From: an uncultured bacterium | GTDB lineage: Bacteria > JAGOEH01 | Length of the DNA stretch: 64,000 bases | Direction: 5' to 3' | Assembly (NCBI GenBank): GCA_964632485.1 | Contig: CAZWDO010000001.1 | Span: forward strand, 124,001 to 188,000 | Shown here: piece after piece, positions 39,382 through 48,289 of the stretch | Layout: each line of letters starts with the position of its first letter | Position numbering within the stretch: position 1 is the first letter of the stretch | Notes under the pieces: model-generated | Told to the model about the DNA's origin: nothing | The model's input: only the letters and a program-made list of their open reading frames with translations | The model's database searches: none | Program-made: the position numbers and the translations under genes

Positions 39382-41028
39382 TTATGATCGTTTAAAATAG
39401 GTTAACAAAACATTAGATACTAAAATTGACGGCATCCCATAGGATGTCGCAATTTTTTGTTGATTATTATAATAATATCCGCGGGAATTGTCAACAAAGA
39501 AATCGTTTCCCACTCCTTTTATTGAACGAGTGATTTCAAAAATATTACCAGCCATCACCAAATCCTTCAAACGTTCGCGGGGAACGCCCTGCTGATAGCG
39601 AATAGCCTGAGGAATTGAGGCTGTAAAATTGCCGGTTTTTTGATCGACAAACGGGATATCGATACGTTCAACCCAAATAACAGAGGGATAGGCTTTCAGC
39701 AAATCTTCGGCGCGATCACTCCCTGCGGCAATGGTAAAATTCGTGGGCGCAACCACTGGCGGACAACGATAATTCATCCGCCGCGTCCGGCCGTTCACTC
39801 CCTCCAGTTTTTTCCAGGCCCCCAGTCGATCGATAAACCCCAAATTTAATTCTCCATTTTGAATTAAAAAATAATTTTTAGCTAAATAGCCATCGTCATC
39901 AATAACCATGCTGATTTTCCCGATACGGGAGCGGGGATCATCCTGGATAGTCAGAGTGTTGGGAAAATCTTTCGCTAAAGTTGCTAACCGCGACTTACTA
40001 TCTTTGTCGATAACCGAAAAATAGGGAAAGAGTCCTTGCGCCCACAATAATGCATTGTTTCCGGGCGCTAATACTACCGGATACAAATTAGGATTGATCG
40101 ACCCGAAGGGAAGTTTTTCAAGCCGCTCTATTTGTTCCTTCATATTCTGGAAAAGACCTTCCAGCGCAAGCCCTTCACCCTGAATCATCTCTTTAGCGTT
40201 CTGGTAACCGCCATACGGATAGGAGTATTGCCAACGATCGCGCTCAAGTTCAACATCCCAGCTCATCCAAAACGTCCGATCACGAGTAAAACCGGGTTCT
40301 GTAAACCAGACACTGAACAATTTTTCCCAATCCCGCCAACGATATTTAAACCCATCAATTTCAGGCATTATGCGTTGGCGGTATAGATCAAGTCGCTTAA
40401 GGAATTCAATCCGATCCTCCAGAGTTAGGTCAGAAGGCCCAAATTCGCAGGTTTTTTCGCGGAAATCCTTAATTTCAGTAAAACGTAAAATCTCCGGAGT
40501 TTTATTCTCTTCTTGACCTAAAAGAGCAGCAGAATCGTTCGCAGCGCTGGTTGTAGTCGTGTCAGCAATTTTCCGGGGAACTCCGGGGGTGGATTTCGGA
40601 CGCGCATTCGCAGCGACCTCCTGGCGCAGAAGCATCATCCCCTCCAATTCCTCCTTCCAAATTGCCAAATCCCATTGGTTGCTATTCCATTGCTGAACAA
40701 ATTCATTTGAAGCAAACATCAGATCACATCCCAAACCCTGATCCCAATGGCTAATATCCACTAAACCATGCTGAAATGTAATTGAAGTTTCGTATAAATT
40801 TTCCATATAGAGCCGTAGGTTCATGGCTTTTTTTGAGCATAGAGGCTCTAAAAAATCATGCAAATCTTTATAGGTTAGACCGTTAAAACTAAATTCCGGT
40901 AATTTTTCAAGAGATACAGCAGGAATTGAATCCTGACTGATTGTCTGCGCCAGGAAACCGCTTTTATTAGCGCTCCACAATCCCGCCCCTAAAAGACCCA
41001 AAAATTGGATAAATTTTCGTCGTTTCAT
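39382..41028 (-). CDS. Tat-signal TldD/PmbA-family protein lacking the catalytic HExxxH
   Basis: MKRRKFI + hydrophobic stretch; PVVLAPG, LTIQDDP, IDDDG, LIQNG, GRTRR..Y..PP, GNI...I.GVGND, GMPSI. Confidence 0.7.
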   Translation of the reverse strand: MKRRKFIQFLGLLGAGLWSANKSGFLAQTISQDSIPAVSLEKLPEFSFNGLTYKDLHDFLEPLCSKKAMNLRLYMENLYETSITFQHGLVDISHWDQGLGCDLMFASNEFVQQWNSNQWDLAIWKEELEGMMLLRQEVAANARPKSTPGVPRKIADTTTTSAANDSAALLGQEENKTPEILRFTEIKDFREKTCEFGPSDLTLEDRIEFLKRLDLYRQRIMPEIDGFKYRWRDWEKLFSVWFTEPGFTRDRTFWMSWDVELERDRWQYSYPYGGYQNAKEMIQGEGLALEGLFQNMKEQIERLEKLPFGSINPNLYPVVLAPGNNALLWAQGLFPYFSVIDKDSKSRLATLAKDFPNTLTIQDDPRSRIGKISMVIDDDGYLAKNYFLIQNGELNLGFIDRLGAWKKLEGVNGRTRRMNYRCPPVVAPTNFTIAAGSDRAEDLLKAYPSVIWVERIDIPFVDQKTGNFTASIPQAIRYQQGVPRERLKDLVMAGNIFEITRSIKGVGNDFFVDNSRGYYYNNQQKIATSYGMPSILVSNVLLTYFKRS

Positions 41029-41876
41029 AAATATCTATTCTGATGAAAGGTTTGAAGGTTTTCGACATACACATAAGGTACTTTTACTGCGCCGATATAC
41101 GTATCAGACTTAGCCTGCCCGTGGTTGTCGGAACCGCCGGTTACCAGTAAATCATAATCTTTGGCCATTTTTAAAAGCCGCATGACAACAGCATTCGGAT
41201 GATTAGGATGGAAGACTTCTATGCCATCGATACCATTTGCCATAAACTCCTGAAGCGCAGTATCATCCAAATAATTCCCCGGATGAGCCAGAACGGCCAT
41301 TCCCCGCGCCTGATGCAGGTAGCGGATCGCATCCGCGGGAGTAAGCTTTTCCTTAGGGACATAGGCTGGACGTCGATAACCGATGAGCTGATCAAAAACA
41401 GTTTCGATATTTTCAAAATAGCCGGCATCTACTAAAGCGCGGCCAATATGAGGCCGACCGATACTCCCCCCATTGGCAATCCGAGCGATTCGTTCCCAAT
41501 CCAGGGGATAGCCCAATTGCTCCAAGCGCTTAATCATTTCATGCGCCCGGCCTTCCCGCTTGGTTTTATAATAGGTCAATACTTCCAGTAATTGGGAATC
41601 GTGATGATCAAACATATATCCTAAAATATGGACATCCAGATTATTATACGAACAGCTCAGTTCAACTCCGCTTAACACTGTCAATCCCAGTTGCATATTT
41701 TCATTAAGCATCTCTGCTTCGGTTATGCCTGCAACCGAATCATGATCGGTAATAGATATTCCCCGTAACCCAAACCGGTGAGAAAGCCTCAAAACCTCTT
41801 CCACGCTCTGGCTCCCATCCGAATGCTGAGTATGGATATGAAGATCGCAGAAAAAAGCGCGGCTTCTCCTACTCAT
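41025..41876 (-). CDS. PHP-domain metal-dependent phosphoesterase (TrpH/YciV-like)
   Basis: DLHIHT..SDG, ITDHD, GVELS, VHILGY, GRPHI, LAHP, GGSDNHG. Confidence 0.9.
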   Translation of the reverse strand: MSRRSRAFFCDLHIHTQHSDGSQSVEEVLRLSHRFGLRGISITDHDSVAGITEAEMLNENMQLGLTVLSGVELSCSYNNLDVHILGYMFDHHDSQLLEVLTYYKTKREGRAHEMIKRLEQLGYPLDWERIARIANGGSIGRPHIGRALVDAGYFENIETVFDQLIGYRRPAYVPKEKLTPADAIRYLHQARGMAVLAHPGNYLDDTALQEFMANGIDGIEVFHPNHPNAVVMRLLKMAKDYDLLVTGGSDNHGQAKSDTYIGAVKVPYVYVENLQTFHQNRYL

Positions 41877-42703
41877 TGTTGTTCCGGGATATATTGTTGA
41901 TAATATTGTTGATGTTCGGGATCAACACTCAGTAGAATCTGGAAAATCATCGGTTCTTCCGAACCGGCAAAGGCATCACCCAAAGTCGTCGAAATCCAAT
42001 TGAAATAGCCAATAATCGGGTCAGTATCCATATTTTTGTTGCGGCATTCCTCAATCATCTTTGCCGCTGCTTTGAGATTCTTTTTTGCAAGTTCAAAATC
42101 CTGTTTTTCGGCAGCCGACAGCGCATGTTGGATAATAATTTTGGCTTTACGAAACGGCTTATTATCCTCGGCAAGGAACCAATTCACTTTTTCCAGGCGG
42201 CGATCCCATCCCCGGTAATTGCTTTGCAACATACCATCTCTGGCAATTCGTAACGCTTTCTCAAAATATAGAGTTCCACCCATTTCCGCATAATTATCCA
42301 TAACGTCGCCAATCATTATAAAAAAATAAAAATCAAACACACTCGTCATCATGTGGTACTGATACTCATTATATATAAGAATTTCATTGGCGCTATAATA
42401 CAAATCGATTTTCTTATCGAAGTATTGAATTTTATAGTTATTTTCAAGCAACTGCCCTTCGACCGTGAAACTTCCCCCGCCTTTTTCCTTAAGACTCAGC
42501 ACAAAATGGTAATCCAACTCAATATCCTCATCGGAATAAGGAGCGGATTGAAAATAGTCTTGCAGTTTTACCGGCAAATCAACAATAGTTTGCTTCGTGT
42601 TTTCAGAAAGATAATCCTGCATCAGGGTAATTTTCCCAGTCACACGGAAAGCCAGACTCATGCTGCTCAAGCAAAGCAGACAGAAAAAAAACATATATTT
42701 CAT
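41873..42703 (-). CDS. DUF4835 family protein (T9SS-associated PorD-like)
   Basis: Signal peptide; TSVFDFYFFIMIG..MD....GGTLYFEKA..I......GW pattern recalled from DUF4835. Confidence 0.65.
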   Translation of the reverse strand: MKYMFFFCLLCLSSMSLAFRVTGKITLMQDYLSENTKQTIVDLPVKLQDYFQSAPYSDEDIELDYHFVLSLKEKGGGSFTVEGQLLENNYKIQYFDKKIDLYYSANEILIYNEYQYHMMTSVFDFYFFIMIGDVMDNYAEMGGTLYFEKALRIARDGMLQSNYRGWDRRLEKVNWFLAEDNKPFRKAKIIIQHALSAAEKQDFELAKKNLKAAAKMIEECRNKNMDTDPIIGYFNWISTTLGDAFAGSEEPMIFQILLSVDPEHQQYYQQYIPEQQ

Positions 42704-43521
42704 GCCATCACTCCTTTTTTTCGAAAACGTTTAAATGAAAGGGGACGATCGGTTTCGCGATAACCGGTCAGTCGAATAATTTCATTGTAGATTTCATCGT
42801 CTGAGAGGTTTCGATACAGATGCCCGGCATAAGCCAGCGAGATTTGGTTAACTTCTTCCGAGACCACCAGGATAATTGCATCGCTATCTTCACTTAAACC
42901 TAAAGCGGCCCTATGTCTCAGTCCCAAGCGTTTATCCAATTCCTGGTTTTGGGTGATGGGCAGAATACAGCCGGCAGCGATTAGCATATCATCTTTGATC
43001 ATCAAAGCGCCGTCGTGAAGTGGCGAGGGAGGTGTAAAGATAGTTTCGATCAACGCTTCCGATGTTTTCGCCTGAATGGTAGTCCCTGTTTCGATAATAT
43101 TGATCAAATTAGCGTCCCGAATCAATACCATTAAGGCGCCCAATCCTTTATGAGCAAGATTGCGGGCTGAACCAATCACTAATTCCAGCGTTTGATTGTT
43201 CTCATGCCGATTGAGTACCTGAAACAAACGGGATTGCCCCAATTTATTCAATGCCCGCCGCAATTCCGGTTGGAAAATAATTAAGAACCCAATTAGCCAG
43301 ATCGTCCGCACCATTTCTATCAGCCAGCTTAGGGCCGCCAATTCAAGCCAGTTGGCGACCATCGAGGATATAACGACGATCAGCAGTCCAATAAATAGCG
43401 GAACCGCATGCATATCACGGATAATTAGTATCAGTTTATAAAAAATAAAGGCCACGAGAAAAACATCGACCAGATCCCATAAAGATATTTGGAAAAAACC
43501 GAATAACGTTAGTAGCGTCAT
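42700..43521 (-). CDS. dacA: Diadenylate cyclase (CdaA/DacA)
   Basis: Three N-terminal TM helices, IIFQPELRRAL, LHDGA, GLRHRAALG, VVSEE. Confidence 0.93.
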   Translation of the reverse strand: MTLLTLFGFFQISLWDLVDVFLVAFIFYKLILIIRDMHAVPLFIGLLIVVISSMVANWLELAALSWLIEMVRTIWLIGFLIIFQPELRRALNKLGQSRLFQVLNRHENNQTLELVIGSARNLAHKGLGALMVLIRDANLINIIETGTTIQAKTSEALIETIFTPPSPLHDGALMIKDDMLIAAGCILPITQNQELDKRLGLRHRAALGLSEDSDAIILVVSEEVNQISLAYAGHLYRNLSDDEIYNEIIRLTGYRETDRPLSFKRFRKKGVMA

Positions 43522-44348
43522 ATTATCAATTCAAGTTCCCGGATTAAGGTTCGCGCCTGTACAGCGGGTAAAACATCATGAACTCTCAGAATATCAACAC
43601 CTTGCTGAATTGAAAGAGTGTGCATGACAATCGTCGCATGCAATCGGTCCTGGGGGTCCGGCAGATTCAGCAGTTTTCCCAAAAAAGATTTTCGACTCAA
43701 TCCGATCAGTAAAGGGAATCCCACATTCCGCAAGCATTGAAGATGCCTCATAATCCGCAAATTATGTTCCACTGATTTCCCAAATCCAATCCCCGGGTCA
43801 ACGATAATCAGTTCTTCGGGAAATCCCTGATCAATCAACCAGCGGGTACGCTCATTCCAAAAACTACAAATTTCAGCCACCACATCGTCATATTGTGGAT
43901 TTTCCTGCATTGTTGCCGGTACTCCCTGAATATGCATCAATACATAATAGGGCTGATATTTTAATAATGCATGAATCATGCCAGTCCCCCAGTTTAATCC
44001 TGAAACATCATTAATGATTTCCACACCTTGCTCCAAACAGGCGATAGCAACCTGAGCCTTAGTGGTATCCACAGAGATAGGAATATTAGGGAAATGGCTT
44101 CGCAACGCGCAAAGGGCAGGGATCAAACGCTCCAATTCAAGGTCAGGTGAGACGACTTGGGCCCCTGGGCGAGTCGATTCCGCCCCAATATCAATAATAT
44201 CGCACCCTGACCGGATCATATTCTCTGCCGTCGATAACAGATGGTCAACCGCAGTTTGGCAACTTCCCGTATAAAACGAGTCAGGACTAAGATTCATTAT
44301 TCCCATTATCAGAGGAAGAACCTTACCCTGCCAGAGGGCTTGTTTCAT
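43518..44348 (-). CDS. folP: Dihydropteroate synthase
   Basis: MGIMNLSPDSF, DIGAESTRPGA, SVDT, INDVSG, DPGIGFGK, SRKSF, RVHDV. Confidence 0.95.
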   Translation of the reverse strand: MKQALWQGKVLPLIMGIMNLSPDSFYTGSCQTAVDHLLSTAENMIRSGCDIIDIGAESTRPGAQVVSPDLELERLIPALCALRSHFPNIPISVDTTKAQVAIACLEQGVEIINDVSGLNWGTGMIHALLKYQPYYVLMHIQGVPATMQENPQYDDVVAEICSFWNERTRWLIDQGFPEELIIVDPGIGFGKSVEHNLRIMRHLQCLRNVGFPLLIGLSRKSFLGKLLNLPDPQDRLHATIVMHTLSIQQGVDILRVHDVLPAVQARTLIRELELII

Positions 44349-46604
44349 TTATTCCCCTTCGGAATCTTCCGGTTTCTTCAGGTAATTCCAGGTCGGAGTA
44401 GATTTTCCCTTTTTAGTTTTAGGTTTCGGCTGTGGTTCCGCGGAATCCATTTCTCCCGAGTTATCATTTTTTGTTTGACGCGTTTGACGTTTTACAACCG
44501 TTTCCTTAACTTCGGCAGAGGGGATAATTTTTTCCGCCAATTCATCAACCTTGATTGGCTTTTTGTTCCGTGTACGGGTCCCTTTTTCAGGTTTCACCGG
44601 GATATTTTCTTCAACAATTTCTTTCGTCGCTATTTTTCGCGCTGTCGTTTTTTTGGTGGCAACTGACGGCGTTGTTGTCTTTGGGGCGCTTCCTGCCGCC
44701 GGTTTGACTTTGTTCAGGATAATTGAATCAATCTCTTCTCCAGTCAGAATTTCTTTTTTTAATAATTCCTCACTGAGCCGATTTAATTGTTGAAGATTAT
44801 CCTGCAGGATATGGCGTGATTTTTGCAGACACGAATCAATGATCCAGTGAATTTCCTGATCGACTTTTACCGCTGTCGCTTCACTGTAATCACTATGGCG
44901 GACAATTTCCCGTCCCAGAAAAATCTCATCCTGCTTTTTACCAAAAGCGATAGGTCCCAGGGGACTCATTCCCCATTCGCAAACCATCATACGCGCAATT
45001 TTAGTAGCGACCTCAATATCATTGCTGGCTCCGGAAGAAATTTCCTGAAAATGAAGTTCCTCGGCCAAACGCCCCCCCATTAGTTGACAAATTTTATTGA
45101 GCGCCCAATTTTTTGAATAGAGGTGGCGATCATCTGTCGGCAGGGAATGGGTGACGCCCAGGGCCCGGCCGCGCGGAATGATAGTGACCTTATGAACCGG
45201 ATCGGAACCCGGCAAATGCTTTGCGATGAGTACATGCCCGGCTTCATGATAGGCGATGATCTTTTTTTCCGCGGGAGCAATTGTCAGAGACCGCCGTTCA
45301 GTACCCATCATAACCTTATCTTTAGCTTCCTCCATTTCAGTCATACTGACTGTTGTCCTATTCTTACGGGCAGCCAGCAACGCCGCTTCATTAACCAGAT
45401 TTGCCAAATCGGCTCCGGACATACCGGGTGTTCCTTTGGCAATAATTTCCAATAAAACATTCGTATCGAGTTTTATATTTTTAGTATGTACTTTTAAAAT
45501 TCCTTCACGTCCTCTCACATCCGGCAAATCAACGACTATCTGCCGATCGAATCGGCCGGGTCTCAACAAAGCGGAATCGAGGACATCGGGGCGATTGGTA
45601 GCGGCGATCAGGATCACGCCTTCATTGGATTCAAACCCATCCATTTCAACCAGCAATTGGTTCAGCGTCTGTTCCCGCTCATCATGGCCGCCGCCTAATC
45701 CGGCGCCCCGCTGGCGGCCAACAGCGTCAATTTCATCGATAAAAATAATACAGGGGGCATTTTTTTTGCCGGTTTCGAACAAATCACGAACTCGGGAGGC
45801 GCCGACACCCACAAACATTTCGACAAAATCGGAACCGCTCATGCTAAAAAACGGCACACCGGCCTCACCGGCCACCGCGCGCGCCAACAATGTTTTTCCG
45901 GTTCCCGGAGGACCCAGCAATAACGCTCCTTTGGGTATTTTCCCTCCCAGCTTGGTAAATTTTCCAGGTTCTTTTAAAAATTCAATCACTTCCTGCAATT
46001 CCTCTTTTGCTTCATCAGCTCCGGCTACATCCATAAACGTAACCTTTGCCCGATCCGGGGATAATAACCGCGCCCGACTTTTCCCGAAACTGAAAATTCC
46101 TTTTTGGCCTCCCTGCATCTGCCGCATAAAAAAAATCCAAATTCCAATAAATAATAACCAGGGCAACCACATATAAAACAAACTCATAAAATTGAAACCC
46201 TTTTCCCTGGCAACCAGTTCCACTTTGTTCTCTATTATCAACTCCATCAGGTTGTTATCATTGAACGACAATAATAAAACCTTGAACACCTTGTATTTTT
46301 GCGGTTTGCCATTTTGCAGTGTAATCGCCTCATCCCTCAAATATCCAGTGATCTCTTTATCGACAACCTCGAGTTTTTCAATATTTCCCTTTGTCAATTG
46401 TTCCCGGAATTCACTATAAAAAATCGTTACCTCAGTATTCACCCCCGGTAAAAAAACACGGTAAAAATAGATCGTCACTAAGATGATGATCACCCAAATC
46501 GCTAAGGTTCGCAACCCAGAACCTTTCTCTTTTAAGGGAGGAAGTTTCAGTTTGAAGTTGCTCTGCTTCTCATCGTCCGATTTTTTTTGATCAAAAAAAG
46601 CCAT
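44349..46604 (-). CDS. ftsH: ATP-dependent zinc metalloprotease FtsH with a long low-complexity C-terminal tail
   Basis: Two TM segments, [30 protein letters not shown]. Confidence 0.97.
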   Translation of the reverse strand: MAFFDQKKSDDEKQSNFKLKLPPLKEKGSGLRTLAIWVIIILVTIYFYRVFLPGVNTEVTIFYSEFREQLTKGNIEKLEVVDKEITGYLRDEAITLQNGKPQKYKVFKVLLLSFNDNNLMELIIENKVELVAREKGFNFMSLFYMWLPWLLFIGIWIFFMRQMQGGQKGIFSFGKSRARLLSPDRAKVTFMDVAGADEAKEELQEVIEFLKEPGKFTKLGGKIPKGALLLGPPGTGKTLLARAVAGEAGVPFFSMSGSDFVEMFVGVGASRVRDLFETGKKNAPCIIFIDEIDAVGRQRGAGLGGGHDEREQTLNQLLVEMDGFESNEGVILIAATNRPDVLDSALLRPGRFDRQIVVDLPDVRGREGILKVHTKNIKLDTNVLLEIIAKGTPGMSGADLANLVNEAALLAARKNRTTVSMTEMEEAKDKVMMGTERRSLTIAPAEKKIIAYHEAGHVLIAKHLPGSDPVHKVTIIPRGRALGVTHSLPTDDRHLYSKNWALNKICQLMGGRLAEELHFQEISSGASNDIEVATKIARMMVCEWGMSPLGPIAFGKKQDEIFLGREIVRHSDYSEATAVKVDQEIHWIIDSCLQKSRHILQDNLQQLNRLSEELLKKEILTGEEIDSIILNKVKPAAGSAPKTTTPSVATKKTTARKIATKEIVEENIPVKPEKGTRTRNKKPIKVDELAEKIIPSAEVKETVVKRQTRQTKNDNSGEMDSAEPQPKPKTKKGKSTPTWNYLKKPEDSEGE

Positions 46605-46606
46605 TT

Positions 46607-47977
46607 CTACTCCTCGTTAAACGTGATTTTAAGAATATTTGTGGTATTGGGTCTAATCTTATAAAAAAAATGAGAAACTCCCCGTTCATAACAAACGACT
46701 TGCCTCTTGTCGCATAAATAGTACAGATGTTGCTTCACTAAAGCGGGAATGCCATTATCACGCAAATGCTCGCCCATCTTTTTCGCTGTTGAAAAATCTC
46801 CGGTGTGAATAAGAAGATGTTGATACTGATTGGTCAAACGTAATGGCCAGTTTATACGGTCAGCATCCAGATAAAAACCATCCGGACAACCCGTTAAAAC
46901 ACGATAACCTCCCTCATTAATGACACCGACGGCGGCTTGAAGGTTCAACCGGATGTTGCCACAATGATACGCCCCTGGGGAAGGTACGTTGGTTTCACAC
47001 GGCTGGGCCGGAAAACAAAGAATAATCTCATGCCGGTTCTTTTGAATTTGTATCTTCCTTTGAAAAAAACAAGCTACGGTAAGTTTTGATTTTATCAAAT
47101 CATTCAAATGATTCAGGGAGGAATAAGAAAAACTTGAAAAATCAGGATCAAATCGCAGAATCATCGAACGCCACATAGCGGTTTGCAATTCAGTGGGAAT
47201 CCGCCTCAGGATCGCCGCATCATACCGATGAAATCGAACGCCCGTTTCCATACAAAACATATTCAACTCATCATCAATAACATGGCGGCAAAACCGAATA
47301 GCATTCCCTGCCAGTTCAAGGCCCCGCGATAGATGATTAAGGGCCTCAGGGTGGTAGGTCTCCAAAAGAGGGAGGATTTCGTGACGAATCCGGTTCCGGC
47401 GGTATTTCAATTCCAAATTTGTATGATCGATCCGGAAAGGGATCCGCATTCTGTTAATATACTCCATAATATCCGCTTTGGGTACATTTAAAAAAGGCCG
47501 AATTAAGGGACGTTCAGTCAGGATCATGTTCACCAAACCATCCCAGCCAGCGCCTCTGATTAATTGTAAAAACGTTGTTTCCACCAAATCCGATTGATGA
47601 TGGGCTAAAGCGATGTATTCACTATTGCGCTCAGACCGGGTTCTCTCGAAAAAATCCAAGCGCGCGCGTCGCGCCCAAGCCTGCAAATTGCCCTGCGCTG
47701 AATCATAATACACATCCAACTGAACAAATTGGCAATTCCATAGCCGCGATGATTCGGCAACTAAAAGAGCATCCTCGTCCGATGCCGCTCCCCGCAAATG
47801 GTAATTAATATGCGCCAATACAATTTGTTGCGCATTTTTCGCGTTAAATACAAGGAAATGGGCCAAGGCCATTGAATCCGGCCCTCCCGAACATCCCACA
47901 ACTATAGATTTGTTCGACATTGCAGGGTCCAGGTCTCGTAAAGTGTGATGTACTAACTGCTCAAATCTCACATACAC
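46607..47977 (-). CDS. tilS: tRNA(Ile)-lysidine synthetase
   Basis: SGGPDS, AHINYHLR, ARRAR, AHHQSD..ET, LIRPFL, D.TN...RNRIR; start GTG 47977 or 47971. Confidence 0.92.
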   Translation of the reverse strand: MYVRFEQLVHHTLRDLDPAMSNKSIVVGCSGGPDSMALAHFLVFNAKNAQQIVLAHINYHLRGAASDEDALLVAESSRLWNCQFVQLDVYYDSAQGNLQAWARRARLDFFERTRSERNSEYIALAHHQSDLVETTFLQLIRGAGWDGLVNMILTERPLIRPFLNVPKADIMEYINRMRIPFRIDHTNLELKYRRNRIRHEILPLLETYHPEALNHLSRGLELAGNAIRFCRHVIDDELNMFCMETGVRFHRYDAAILRRIPTELQTAMWRSMILRFDPDFSSFSYSSLNHLNDLIKSKLTVACFFQRKIQIQKNRHEIILCFPAQPCETNVPSPGAYHCGNIRLNLQAAVGVINEGGYRVLTGCPDGFYLDADRINWPLRLTNQYQHLLIHTGDFSTAKKMGEHLRDNGIPALVKQHLYYLCDKRQVVCYERGVSHFFYKIRPNTTNILKITFNEE

Positions 47978-47978
47978 T

Positions 47979-48006
47979 ATTATACATTTTTTTTTCCCAA
48001 AGTCAA
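47979..48006 (-). promoter_or_regulatory. sigma70 promoter of the tilS-ftsH string
   Basis: Minus strand TTGACT (48006-48001) -16 bp- TATAAT (47984-47979). Confidence 0.6.
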
Positions 48007-48254
48007 GATTAAAATATATAAAACATTAATTTCATTATTTTCATACTTCTGAATTCAAGCGCTGAGGTTAATAAAACTATGTTCACAAATTAAAAACATT
48101 CCCAAACGGGCTTTCTATATAAAAGCGATTTGGCTTGCAGAACAACCGCGCTAGCCACCAAGCGCGAAGCAAACAAATTCTTCCGCCAGTTCCGGCGGCC
48201 CCTGACTGACAATCGGAGTAAATTTGGAGATAGACTCTAATTTAAAAATAGTAC

Positions 48255-48283
48255 TTGACAAAATAAATTTTTTTTTATAGAAT
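48255..48283 (+). promoter_or_regulatory. sigma70 promoter placing +1 at or next to the ATG at 48290
   Basis: TTGACA 48255-48260 -17 bp- TAGAAT 48278-48283; 6 nt to the ATG, no SD sequence. Confidence 0.7.
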
Positions 48284-48289
48284 TGAACT

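Noticed and set aside
45256-46176. 306-aa plus-strand ORF
   Set aside because: Antisense shadow of the conserved ftsH AAA domain
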